Shown here one piece after another: positions 1-8,586 of a stretch of 64,000 bases of DNA (within the stretch, counting starts at the first letter, position 1; every line of letters begins with the position of its first letter). The notes beneath the pieces are model-generated. The model saw nothing but the letters and a program-made list of their open reading frames with translations. It ran no database searches and was not told where the DNA came from. The translations under genes and the position numbers were made by a program. The stretch is from a virus (lineage: Duplodnaviria > Caudoviricetes). The DNA is taken from positions 1 through 64,000 of the IMG/VR virus record IMGVR_UViG_2974518066_000001. One strand, 5' to 3'.

Positions 1-16
1 GCCCCGCGTCATGCAG

Positions 17-184
17 CATCACGCCCAAAACTCCCAATCCCGACACCCGTAGGGACCCATCACGCCCACAGCCGACCGGGCCGGGGACCCATCACGCCAT
101 ACTGTCTCATCGACAGGGACCCATCACGGCATACGGGCATATAGCCATCACGACATACCGCCACGGCGAGATTTTGGCATCACG
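17..184 (+). repeat. Phased short direct repeats (GGGACCCATCACG x3; CATCACG core x6)
   Basis: GGGACCCATCACG at 52, 84 and 116 (32-bp period); CATCACG at 17, 58, 90, 122, 146 and 178. Confidence 0.85.
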
Positions 185-268
185 GGCGGGGACGCAGCCT
201 ACCGGCTGGTAACTCACCCGAGGTGAGGGACCCAAAGGGGCATATCTCCATCCCGATAGGACGCCGCC

Positions 269-1168
269 ATGGCCAAGATAATTTCGATGCACCGTGCCAG
301 TGATGGTTCGATCTTCTCCCGATCGACGGGTGATGTGAGTTACCGTGATGTTGCTCCTCTCTCCCAAGACACTGGAGCTATAGTGCCCCGCAAGTCCAAC
401 GACCGTAAGGCCCCCAAGAACGCCCACCGCAATAGCAACACGCCGATCCCGGCCGAGCTGATGGTCCCCGCCAATGACGATGGGACCCCGAAGGCGGTTA
501 CCATCAAGCACCTGACGCCGGGCCAGCGCCCCTATATTCGAGCGCTGCAGGACGAAGAGAAGGATGTGGTGATCGCCACCGGCCCGGCGGGCGCAGGCAA
601 GACCTATCCGGCCGTCCAGACCGCGATCAAGGGCCTGCGCGAAGGCCGCTACAAGAAGGTCATCATCACCCGTCCCATGGTCGCCTCGGGCGGTGAAGAG
701 CTGGGCGTGCTGCCCGGCGGCATCATCGAGAAGGTCGCGCCGTGGTGCATCCCGGTCCTTGACGTGTTCAAGGAATATTACTCGGTCTATCAGGTCGAAC
801 AGATGCTCAAGCGCGAGGAAATCGAGATCGCGCCGCTGGCCATCATGCGTGGCCGCACGCTCAAGAATGCGTTCGTCATCGGCGACGAGATGCAGAACAC
901 CACGATCGGCCAGATGAAGATGTTCGTGACCCGTCTGGGCGAGAACTCGCGGATGGTCATCACCGGCGACACCGAGCAGTTCGACGAAGAACAGCTCCGC
1001 AAGGCCACCGGCACGCCGAGCCACGAAGAAATGGTTTCGGGCCTGCACCACCTGATCGGCCTCCTCGACGCGGAAGGTGTCCCGCCCGAATGGAGCCTGA
1101 CCCAAATGACTCTGCGTGATGTCGTCCGCCATCGATCGGTATCCACCGCTCTCCGACTCTTTGGCTGA
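269..1168 (+). CDS. phoH: PhoH family ATPase
   Basis: GPAGAGKT Walker A, TRP, LGVLPG...EK, APLAIMRGRTL, GDEMQN, TRLGENS, TGD motifs. Confidence 0.95.
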   Translation: MAKIISMHRASDGSIFSRSTGDVSYRDVAPLSQDTGAIVPRKSNDRKAPKNAHRNSNTPIPAELMVPANDDGTPKAVTIKHLTPGQRPYIRALQDEEKDVVIATGPAGAGKTYPAVQTAIKGLREGRYKKVIITRPMVASGGEELGVLPGGIIEKVAPWCIPVLDVFKEYYSVYQVEQMLKREEIEIAPLAIMRGRTLKNAFVIGDEMQNTTIGQMKMFVTRLGENSRMVITGDTEQFDEEQLRKATGTPSHEEMVSGLHHLIGLLDAEGVPPEWSLTQMTLRDVVRHRSVSTALRLFG

Positions 1169-1452
1169 TGGTCGACTCTCCTGAGCCAGTGGGCGCGCGT
1201 TATCCGCGCGCCCACACCATCTATGTGGCGCGAGACGAAACCCACCGTCAGCGGATGATCCGCGAATGGGGAGGGGAGGGCGTCCTGATGCGGGAAGGCG
1301 TCAAGATCATCGTCCCCGGCTGGTGCTACCGAGGACACCGTTTCCGCCGCATCTTCGTCACCGACGACGCGATCCGCCCGCCGCGAGCCTACGACTGGTT
1401 CTGCGATTTCCTCACCCACCTGCTGCCTGACGGCAATATCATCTACCTCTAG
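1168..1452 (+). CDS. Small protein, terminase-ATPase-fragment-like paralogue 1
   Basis: Start overlaps phoH stop; YVAR...RGHRFRRIFVTDD...YDWF..FLTHLLPDGNIIYL. Confidence 0.7.
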   Translation: MVDSPEPVGARYPRAHTIYVARDETHRQRMIREWGGEGVLMREGVKIIVPGWCYRGHRFRRIFVTDDAIRPPRAYDWFCDFLTHLLPDGNIIYL

Positions 1453-1461
1453 GACCCGACT

Positions 1462-1824
1462 GTGGAACTCACCACCCTCATCAAGACCGCCCGCCCCGAC
1501 AGCCTCGATGCGCCGGAACTCCCGATGCCCAAATTCAAGACGCTGGTCGTGGCCCGCAACAAGGAACACGCCGCCCAGCTCCGCGCCAAATATGTGGACG
1601 TGGCCTACATGAACGAGCGCGAGATCGATAATCCGGCGCATGGTTCGCCACATTTCTACGTCACCTACCCCTATGACATTCTGAGCGGACGCCGCTTCGA
1701 GGCTCTGATCATCCAAGCGATGGTTCTGTCCTCGCTGGAGCGGGACCCCAAGGGGTGGGATTGGTATCAGGAGATCGCGCTGACCCGCCTCCTGCCGGGC
1801 GCCGACGTGAAGGTCGTCCACTGA
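1462..1824 (+). CDS. Small protein, terminase-ATPase-fragment-like paralogue 2
   Basis: AGGA RBS; VVAR...SGRRFEALII...WDWYQEIALTRLLPGADVKVV. Confidence 0.7.
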   Translation: MELTTLIKTARPDSLDAPELPMPKFKTLVVARNKEHAAQLRAKYVDVAYMNEREIDNPAHGSPHFYVTYPYDILSGRRFEALIIQAMVLSSLERDPKGWDWYQEIALTRLLPGADVKVVH

Positions 1825-2114
1825 TGTCGAAGGACCTCCTCGTCGTTGCCTCGCGGGAAGAAGCCATCCGCATCCAGAGTCAGATCGCTGACGACGGCAT
1901 GATGCGGGCGCTCAAGGACTCGAACGAACGCTTCTTCGTCGTCTGGCCCGGCTTCCCGCACACCGGCCGCCGCTATGCCAACTGCGTCATCTCGGCCGAG
2001 CTGAAAGCCTACCTCACCACCGACAAGCCCAAGGACAGCGAGCAGGAGCGGGCGGTGGACTGGTGGCAGGAGGAAACCCTGCACAAAATCATGGACGAGC
2101 TGATCGTCATTTGA
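1824..2114 (+). CDS. Small protein, terminase-ATPase-fragment-like paralogue 3
   Basis: TGATG coupling at 1824; VVAS...TGRRYANCVI...VDWWQEETLHKI. Confidence 0.7.
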   Translation: MSKDLLVVASREEAIRIQSQIADDGMMRALKDSNERFFVVWPGFPHTGRRYANCVISAELKAYLTTDKPKDSEQERAVDWWQEETLHKIMDELIVI

Positions 2115-2120
2115 CCATTG

Positions 2121-2163
2121 GTGTTATTTTAACTTGACATTATGGTTAATTTCAGGATAGTAT
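2121..2163 (+). promoter_or_regulatory. Conserved promoter/operator GTGTTATTTTAAC-TTGACA with -10 TAGTAT
   Basis: Motif repeated at several intergenic sites; -35 TTGACA 2134-2139, 18-bp spacer. Confidence 0.8.
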
Positions 2164-2170
2164 AACTGAA

Positions 2171-2474
2171 CATCGAGGTCTGGGCTCGCGCCGCTCAGCG
2201 GGCTTCTCCCTTTCACCGCTCGACTGGCAGCACCTAGCTCTCCCCGCCCAGACCTCGGTGAACCCCAACAGTTTCTTGCCGGTGCGCCTCCGTGAGGCAC
2301 GCTGTCACTGGCAAGCTCCCCGGAGTGGTAGGTCGCTGACCGCTCGAAGCTCCGGGATAGCTCCCCACCAACGGCCCATGCCGTGTCTCCGCCGGGTCCG
2401 CTTGTCCGGTGGTGGAAATCAAGTGCCTCTCCCTGACCTGTCCCTGCCGATCATAGATCGGTGGGGACCTTTTT
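2171..2474 (+). ncRNA. Putative structured ncRNA or leader upstream of portal
   Basis: 15-bp stem 2171-2185/2246-2260 starting at the predicted TSS, further stems, ends in hairpin plus T-run. Confidence 0.5.
2440..2474 (+). terminator. Intrinsic terminator/attenuator-like hairpin
   Basis: GTCCCTGCCGATC-ATA-GATCGGTGGGGAC followed by CTTTTT. Confidence 0.6.
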
Positions 2475-2483
2475 GGATTTCCC

Positions 2484-4235
2484 GTGGCAGTCGCACCCAC
2501 AAAGGCCCGCACGTTGCAGGAGCGCACCAGCTCCTACTCGCGCCGATCGAAAAACCAACTCGCGGACCAGCTCCCGCTCTTCGTCAATTATGACTATGCG
2601 AACTGGCGCGATGTGTGGCGCTCGGTACGCCACGCCATGCTTGGTGAGATCGAGATCAAGCGTCAGGGCTCGAAGTATCTTCCAGCTCCGGACGGCATGG
2701 ACGAGGAGCAGTATCAGGCCTACCTAGACCGGGCCGTCTTCTACAACATGGTGTATCGCACCGTCACCGGCCTGACCGGTGCCATCTTCCGTCGCGATCC
2801 CCGCCTCCTCAACGCCGGGCCGAAGCTGGAAAAGCTGGTCAAGCGCGTCTCGAAGGACGGCCTCTCCCTCCCCATTTTCACCAAGGTCATCGCTCAGGAC
2901 ATGCTGTCCACCGGCCGCTACGGCGTGCTGGTCGATAAGGCGCCGATCGAGACCAGCCAGCCCTACCTCGCAGGATACACCTGCGAGAATATCCTCGACT
3001 GGACCGAGGCCGAAATCGACGGCCTGACGGAAGTCGATTACGTCCTGCTGCGCGAGTTCAAGACCGATCGCCGCCTCTTCGTGCTGGAAGGCTCCGAAGC
3101 CAAGCCGAACCCGACCTACGGCCAGTTCTTCAACTGCTACCGCATCCTGCGCCTCGTCTGGGACGAGGAGATGCAGCGCCACGAATACCGGCAGGAGTTC
3201 TACGAGCGCGAAAACGAAGACGCCGACCTCACCGAGGACCCGGTTGTCACCACGCCGCTGATCTACGGCGTCCCGATGAATCGCATCCCCTTCAAGTTCT
3301 TCAATGCGACCACCAATCGCTGCGAGATCGAGAAGCCGCCGGTGCTCGACATCCTGACGCTGAACCTGTCGCACTACAAGCTCTACGCCCAGCTCCAGCA
3401 CGCCCGCTTCTACACCGCCAACCCGGTCTATTGGGTCTCGGGCGCACAGGAAGACGATAGCTACCACATCGGCCCCAGCGTCGTGTGGGAAGTCGCGTCG
3501 GGCGAACGTGCAGGCCTGATCGAGTTCAACGGGCAGGGCTGTCGCAGCCTTGAGTCCGGTCTCGCCATCATGGAGACGCAGGTCGCATCACTCGGCGGTC
3601 GTCTCATCGGCGACAGCGGCAGCGCGGGCCAGTCGGACAACCAGATCAAGCTCAAGGATCGCAACGAGCAGTCGCTGCTTCTCAACGTGACCACGGTCAT
3701 CAACGAGAACTTCACCGAGCTGCTGGTCATCCTGTCGAATTGGCTCAACGAGCGCGCCGACAAGCTCATTTTCCGCACCAATCAGGACTTCCTCCTCGAC
3801 GGCGCGGCGGCCCGCGAGTTCCGCGCCATCACGATGATGTATCAGGCGGGCATCATGCCCATTGAGATCATCTACGAATATTTCCTCAAGGCAGAAGTCA
3901 TCCCCGAATACGTCACGCTGGACGCTTTCAAGGCGATGCTCGAAGACGCTGCACAGTTCCCGAACAACCCCGACGTGGAAGCGAAGCAGGAAGGCTTCGG
4001 CAACGCTCAGCAGCGCACCGCCGACGAACTGGCCCGCGACGAACTGGACGAGGATGCTCGCCAGTTCGACAAGCAGCTTGAGTCCGACGAAGCAGACGCC
4101 GAAGCCGCCCGCAAGTCGGCCGAGAAGGTGGCCAAGAACCAGCCCAATATCCCAGCAGCACCGGGCGCGGCGGTTCAGGCCAACACCAAGGACCCGGCAC
4201 CAGCACCAGCGGCGCCCAAGGGGAAGGCGAAGTAA
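2484..4235 (+). CDS. Portal protein (DUF4055-like)
   Basis: YLP..GMDEEQYQAYLDRAVFYN, GRYGVLVD, IPF, PPVLDI..LNLSHY motifs; position before scaffold and capsid. Confidence 0.9.
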   Translation: MAVAPTKARTLQERTSSYSRRSKNQLADQLPLFVNYDYANWRDVWRSVRHAMLGEIEIKRQGSKYLPAPDGMDEEQYQAYLDRAVFYNMVYRTVTGLTGAIFRRDPRLLNAGPKLEKLVKRVSKDGLSLPIFTKVIAQDMLSTGRYGVLVDKAPIETSQPYLAGYTCENILDWTEAEIDGLTEVDYVLLREFKTDRRLFVLEGSEAKPNPTYGQFFNCYRILRLVWDEEMQRHEYRQEFYERENEDADLTEDPVVTTPLIYGVPMNRIPFKFFNATTNRCEIEKPPVLDILTLNLSHYKLYAQLQHARFYTANPVYWVSGAQEDDSYHIGPSVVWEVASGERAGLIEFNGQGCRSLESGLAIMETQVASLGGRLIGDSGSAGQSDNQIKLKDRNEQSLLLNVTTVINENFTELLVILSNWLNERADKLIFRTNQDFLLDGAAAREFRAITMMYQAGIMPIEIIYEYFLKAEVIPEYVTLDAFKAMLEDAAQFPNNPDVEAKQEGFGNAQQRTADELARDELDEDARQFDKQLESDEADAEAARKSAEKVAKNQPNIPAAPGAAVQANTKDPAPAPAAPKGKAK

Positions 4236-4238
4236 GCC

Positions 4239-4412
4239 ATGTCCCTGCCTGACTACGAAATCCACCTCACGGGCAAGCAGTTTTCCGACTTGTGGGACGA
4301 GGATGAGGAGTCTTCGGCGGCCTTGTTTTTCGAGGACCCGGAAGAGATTGACCGAATCATCGAGGAAGAAATCGGCAAGCCAAAGCGCGGCCGAAAACGC
4401 AAAAATCGGTGA
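4239..4412 (+). CDS. Small acidic protein with basic C-terminus (57 aa)
   Basis: Read manually: MSLPDYEIHLTGKQFSDLWDEDEE...GKPKRGRKRKNR, directly after portal. Confidence 0.6.
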   Translation: MSLPDYEIHLTGKQFSDLWDEDEESSAALFFEDPEEIDRIIEEEIGKPKRGRKRKNR

Positions 4413-4425
4413 AGTCAACCCCTCA

Positions 4426-4467
4426 GTGTTATTTTAACTTGACACTAGGTCAAATCTTCCGTATCCT
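4426..4467 (+). promoter_or_regulatory. Conserved promoter/operator, scaffold-capsid unit
   Basis: GTGTTATTTTAACTTGACA, 17-bp spacer, TATCCT. Confidence 0.8.
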
Positions 4468-4744
4468 TTACGCATCTTTGGAAGTCAAGGTGCTTTCGCG
4501 GGGTCCGCGAACTTCCCACCACAGGCTCCACAATCCCAAAATCATGTTCGCCCGCCTTTAGGGCAACGCCGCTCCGGGGGAGCGGGTCTAAAAGAATCCC
4601 CCTTCCGGTTTGTCGGGAAGCACCGCGTCGCGCGTCGCATAGGCACACGCTTCGGTCAGTCTTACCGAACCAAATCCTCCGGAGGGTCCGGAGGTAGGTA
4701 GTTCCGTGAACGCCTTGTCTTCGTATCCTCGGTGAGGAAATCAC

Positions 4745-5515
4745 ATGCCCGTAATCAATTTCGACTCCATCGACGCCGTTCCGGCAGGTCTCAAGGAATT
4801 TGCCAAGACCGAAGATGGTAAGGTCACCGTCAACGTCGTCCCTTCGGTGAAGCTGGACGAGTTCCGCGATAAGAATATCTCCCTGTCGCAGCAGATCGAA
4901 GCCACCGGCCCGATTCTCGCGCGCATCAAGGAGATCGCAGGCGACGATCTCGACGCCTTCTCGACCGACGTTCAGGGCCTTCGCGACATCGCGAAGCGCG
5001 TTCAGGACGGCGAACTCAAGACGAATGACCAGATCGAAGCGGCAGTCGCCGATCGCATCAAGGCGGTCAAGGACGGCTACGAAGACAACGCCAAGGCCCT
5101 GCGCAACGAGCTGCAGGTCGAAAAGAACAAGGCGGTCTCGCTGGAGCAGCGCCTGAACCAGACCCGCATCGACAAGGACGTGACCTCGGTCGTCATCCTG
5201 CCGGAAAGCGGCGTTCGCCCGGAAGCACTGCCCGACCTGCTGCAGCGCGCCTACCGCCTGTTCAAGGTCGAGGGCGACAAGCTGGTCCCGAAGAACGGCG
5301 AAGCAACCATCTACGGCGCCAACGGCGCTGATCCGATGACCGTCAACGAATGGCTGGTCAAGCTGCGCGACGAAGCGCCGCACTATTTCAAGGGCAACGC
5401 CGGTGGCGGCGCCAATGGCGGCAAGGACGGAAAGGTCGGCGGCTACTCGCAGTCCGAAATCTCCAAGATGACCGCCGCTCAGAAGCTCGCGCTGGCGAAC
5501 TCGCAGACCAAGTAA
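4745..5515 (+). CDS. Capsid scaffolding protein
   Basis: Coiled-coil composition, KLDEFRDKNI, PHYFK..AGGGA C-terminus; directly upstream of MCP. Confidence 0.8.
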   Translation: MPVINFDSIDAVPAGLKEFAKTEDGKVTVNVVPSVKLDEFRDKNISLSQQIEATGPILARIKEIAGDDLDAFSTDVQGLRDIAKRVQDGELKTNDQIEAAVADRIKAVKDGYEDNAKALRNELQVEKNKAVSLEQRLNQTRIDKDVTSVVILPESGVRPEALPDLLQRAYRLFKVEGDKLVPKNGEATIYGANGADPMTVNEWLVKLRDEAPHYFKGNAGGGANGGKDGKVGGYSQSEISKMTAAQKLALANSQTK

Positions 5516-5679
5516 GCGCTCGGCGCTCAGTCTGTAAGTCATCAGCTAGTCAAAAATACGCCGGGACGAAGGTCCCGGCGCTCATTGCCCCGGAGGGATT
5601 TCAGCCGTCTGCCGGGGTTACTTAAACCAACCCCTGTGACGGCTGATGACACACAGACTCAACACGGAGTTTTCTTTCA

Positions 5680-6606
5680 ATGCTCACTCTGCACGAAGCA
5701 TCGAAGCAGGTTGACGGCGATCTCAAGCGTTCCGCCGTCATCGAGATGTTCGCGGGCTCGGCTGATCTCGTCGCGGCGATGCCGCTGATGGATATTCCGG
5801 GCAATAGCTACAGCTATACGCAGGAAGCCAAGCTGCCCAGCGTCGGCTTCCGTGGCTACAACGATGCCTACGAACCGAGCGTCGGCGTCGTCAATCCGCA
5901 GTCCGAAACCCTCCGCATCGCGGGCGGTGAACTGGACGTGGATACCGCGCTGATCAAGACCCACGGCATCGGCATCCGCACCTCGCAGGAGCAGATGCAG
6001 ATCAAGGCCTTCGGCCAGAAGATCGCTGCTGCCTTCATCAACGGCGACGGCGGCGACGGCGTGTCGTTCGACGGTCTGCGCATCCGCGTTCGCGGCTACC
6101 AGCTCCTCGACGCCAACATGGACAACGAGGATGTCTCGGGCGCCCTGAGCCTCGCCACCCTCGACGAAGCGATCGACCGCGTTGACAACCCGACGCACCT
6201 GATCATGTCGAAGCGTATGCGCAACCTGCTGTCGCAGGCTGCGAAGGACAAGGATGTCGGCGGTGACCTCGCCTTCTCCAAGGACGACTTCGGCCGCCGC
6301 GTCGCCTTCTATGCCGACCTGCCGATCCTCATCACCGAGGACGACAACGAAGGCAAGAAGATCATCGACTTCAACGAAGTCGGTCCGGACGGCAATGCCA
6401 ACACGCAGTCGCTGTATGTTGTCTCGCTGGGCGACGGCAAGATCGTCGGCCTCCAGAACGGCATCATGGAAGTCAAGGACCTCGGCGAGATCGATGCGAA
6501 GCCCTGCTATCGCACCCGCGTCGAGTGGCTGGTCGCCATGGCCGTCATGCACGGCAAGGCTGTTGCCCGCGTTCGCGGCATCACGGACGCCAAGGTCACC
6601 CGCTAA
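5680..6606 (+). CDS. Major capsid protein
   Basis: MLTLHEASK, LPSVGFRGYN, GGELDVD, FINGD, FDGL, RTRVEW..AMAV.H.KA.ARVRGI; GGAG RBS. Confidence 0.92.
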   Translation: MLTLHEASKQVDGDLKRSAVIEMFAGSADLVAAMPLMDIPGNSYSYTQEAKLPSVGFRGYNDAYEPSVGVVNPQSETLRIAGGELDVDTALIKTHGIGIRTSQEQMQIKAFGQKIAAAFINGDGGDGVSFDGLRIRVRGYQLLDANMDNEDVSGALSLATLDEAIDRVDNPTHLIMSKRMRNLLSQAAKDKDVGGDLAFSKDDFGRRVAFYADLPILITEDDNEGKKIIDFNEVGPDGNANTQSLYVVSLGDGKIVGLQNGIMEVKDLGEIDAKPCYRTRVEWLVAMAVMHGKAVARVRGITDAKVTR

Positions 6607-6676
6607 GCGCGGATGATCGGTGGGGGAGGGAAATCCTCCCCACCTTCCTCCCTCACCATCTCTGGAGTTTTTCGCC

Positions 6677-7123
6677 ATGGCGAAGATGAACAGCAAGTTC
6701 AAGTATATGTATGACGCTGCCCCGGCGTCGGCGCTGATCGTCAAGGATCATGTCGCCAAGACCGCATCGTTCAATGGCCCGGCCCTCGTCCTCGACAAGG
6801 TGCTCGGTTACTGGAACGACGCCGATCCGATCCTCGCCGACAGCACGGTCGCCATTGCGATCAACGTCGAGGCCGCCGACACCACGACCGGCGACGAGAC
6901 CTACGAACTGGAGCTGGAAGCAGGTCCGGTCGGCTTCGCCACCTCGGTCAAGACCCACAAGGTCACCGTCACCGGCCCCGGCCAGTATGTCGTCCTCGTC
7001 GATTTCGACACGCTCAAGGCCATGAAGGCTGACGTTGCAGCGATCCGCATCGCGGCCACGCTGGCGGGCACCACCCCGTCGCTGACCGCCCACGCTTGGA
7101 TCGCGGGCGCCATCATCCGCTAA
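6677..7123 (+). CDS. Capsid decoration/cement protein
   Basis: Beta-rich 148-aa protein right after MCP; GGAG RBS. Confidence 0.65.
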   Translation: MAKMNSKFKYMYDAAPASALIVKDHVAKTASFNGPALVLDKVLGYWNDADPILADSTVAIAINVEAADTTTGDETYELELEAGPVGFATSVKTHKVTVTGPGQYVVLVDFDTLKAMKADVAAIRIAATLAGTTPSLTAHAWIAGAIIR

Positions 7124-7142
7124 GGCCCAAGCCTTTGAACAG

Positions 7143-7171
7143 AGGGCGGGAGGCAACTCCCGCCCTTTCTT
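7143..7171 (+). terminator. Intrinsic terminator
   Basis: GGGCGGGAG-GCAA-CTCCCGCCC-TTTCTT. Confidence 0.75.
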
Positions 7172-7197
7172 CTCCCGACAAGGTAAGGAACTGACCG

Positions 7198-7608
7198 TTG
7201 TCCGATCTCCACGTAATCTACTCGCCCAAGAACGAAAAGTTCGAGGTGAGCCGCCTGAATTTCCTCGACCTGCAGAAGGTCAAGGGCTGGACGCTCCAGC
7301 CGAAAACCGACACCGCCATTGGCGCCGCTGAGGCCGCCAAGGAAGCACCGGTAACCCCGGTGACGCCGAAGGTCCCGGAAGTCGCCGAGAAGCCCGCTGA
7401 GGCTCCCGCAGCGCCCGAGACCACCCCGGCCGCCGACGAACCCGTCAAGGTCCGCCTGACTGTCGAAGACTTCGACGATCTGGCCGACAAGGATGCGGTC
7501 AAGGCTTACATCGAAGCCGCGTTCCCCGGCACCAAGATCGATGGCCGCGCGAACCGCGAAAAGCTGGTCGCTCAGGCAGTCGGCCTCGCCGAAGACGCAG
7601 CAGCCTAA
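7198..7608 (+). CDS. Hypothetical protein with Pro/Ala linker and possible C-terminal HeH/LEM-like domain
   Basis: AAGGA RBS, TTG start, DKDAVKAYI...KIDGRANREKLV. Confidence 0.6.
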   Translation: MSDLHVIYSPKNEKFEVSRLNFLDLQKVKGWTLQPKTDTAIGAAEAAKEAPVTPVTPKVPEVAEKPAEAPAAPETTPAADEPVKVRLTVEDFDDLADKDAVKAYIEAAFPGTKIDGRANREKLVAQAVGLAEDAAA

Positions 7609-7638
7609 TCAACCCACACATCACCGCTTCGGCGGCTC

Positions 7639-7678
7639 GCGCTCGGCAGGCAAGTCGCTTGCCGGGCGCTTTTTGTTT
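7639..7678 (+). terminator. Intrinsic terminator
   Basis: GCGCTCGGCAGG...CTTGCCGGGCGC followed by T-run. Confidence 0.6.
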
Positions 7679-7691
7679 CCAAGGAGTTCCC

Positions 7692-8201
7692 GTGGCTGAC
7701 CTGATCCTCGAAAACGGCACCGGCGTGGTCAACGCCAACGCCTACCTCACCACCGAGGAGGCAGACGAAATCCTCGAAGTGAACATCCACTCAAACTGGA
7801 CGATCGCCGACGAGGAGACGAAGGAAAAGCTGATCATCTGGGCGACCCGGCTTCTTGAGGAGCGCGTCCAGTGGTTCGGCAAGAAGATGTTCCCGACTGC
7901 ATGGCTGTCGTGGCCGCGCTGCGGCGCCCGCGACCGTGAGGGCTACATGCTGCAGGACGACATCGTGCCCCGGCAGGTCAAGATCGCAACCGCGCTGCTG
8001 GCCGATCATCTGCTGGCGGGCAACCCCGAACTGGTCAACAGCTCCTCGAACCTGACCAGCCTCAAGGCCGACGTGGTGGAGCTGAAATTCGACGCCAAGC
8101 TGCGTGTCGAGAAATATCCGACCGAGGTGAAGTTCGCCCTCGACGGCCTCGGCCGCGTCTCCATGGGCCGTGGCGGTCCCAAGTTCATCGTGCGGCACTG
8201 A
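7692..8201 (+). CDS. Head-tail adaptor (DnaT-like phage family)
   Basis: ENGTG..NANAYLT.EEAD, LSWPR, VP.QVKIA; AAGGAG RBS. Confidence 0.8.
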   Translation: MADLILENGTGVVNANAYLTTEEADEILEVNIHSNWTIADEETKEKLIIWATRLLEERVQWFGKKMFPTAWLSWPRCGARDREGYMLQDDIVPRQVKIATALLADHLLAGNPELVNSSSNLTSLKADVVELKFDAKLRVEKYPTEVKFALDGLGRVSMGRGGPKFIVRH

Positions 8202-8204
8202 TCC

Positions 8205-8585
8205 ATGTCAACTGATTATGGTGCGCTGATGAAGCGCCTCGTCGCCGACGCGATCAAGAACAAGATGGGCGGCCTGACCAAGACGGTGACCTTCCGCTTC
8301 TTCGTCTCGGCAGGCACCTACGATCCGGACACCGACAGCGTGACGCCGGTCTACGAGGATGTGTCGGATGTCGTCGTCGTGGCCGCCAAGCCGACCTTCG
8401 ACGACGTGACACAGCGCAACGTCGTCTTCTCGGACATGAAGCTGCTGGTGCCGGGCACCTCCATCCCCAAGGAGCCGCAGACCGATACCGACATGGTGAT
8501 CGTGAACAACGAGGAGTGGCAGGTCCGCAAGACGGTCGGCGTGCCGGGCGAGTCCCTCTACCTCGTCTTCATTCACCGGACCTGA
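8205..8585 (+). CDS. Head closure protein
   Basis: GTYDPDT motif, size and synteny. Confidence 0.65.
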   Translation: MSTDYGALMKRLVADAIKNKMGGLTKTVTFRFFVSAGTYDPDTDSVTPVYEDVSDVVVVAAKPTFDDVTQRNVVFSDMKLLVPGTSIPKEPQTDTDMVIVNNEEWQVRKTVGVPGESLYLVFIHRT

Positions 8586-8586
8586 C

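Noticed and set aside
52-128. CRISPR mini-array
   Set aside because: Repeats of 13 bp and spacers of 19 bp are too short; no cas operon, and the Cas4-like gene sits in an ordinary replication context
2258-2593. 111-aa ORF in the portal leader
   Set aside because: Atypical Arg/Pro/Ser composition, no RBS, overlaps portal
5643-5649. Hammerhead ribozyme core CTGATGA
   Set aside because: No correctly placed GAAA after a stem II
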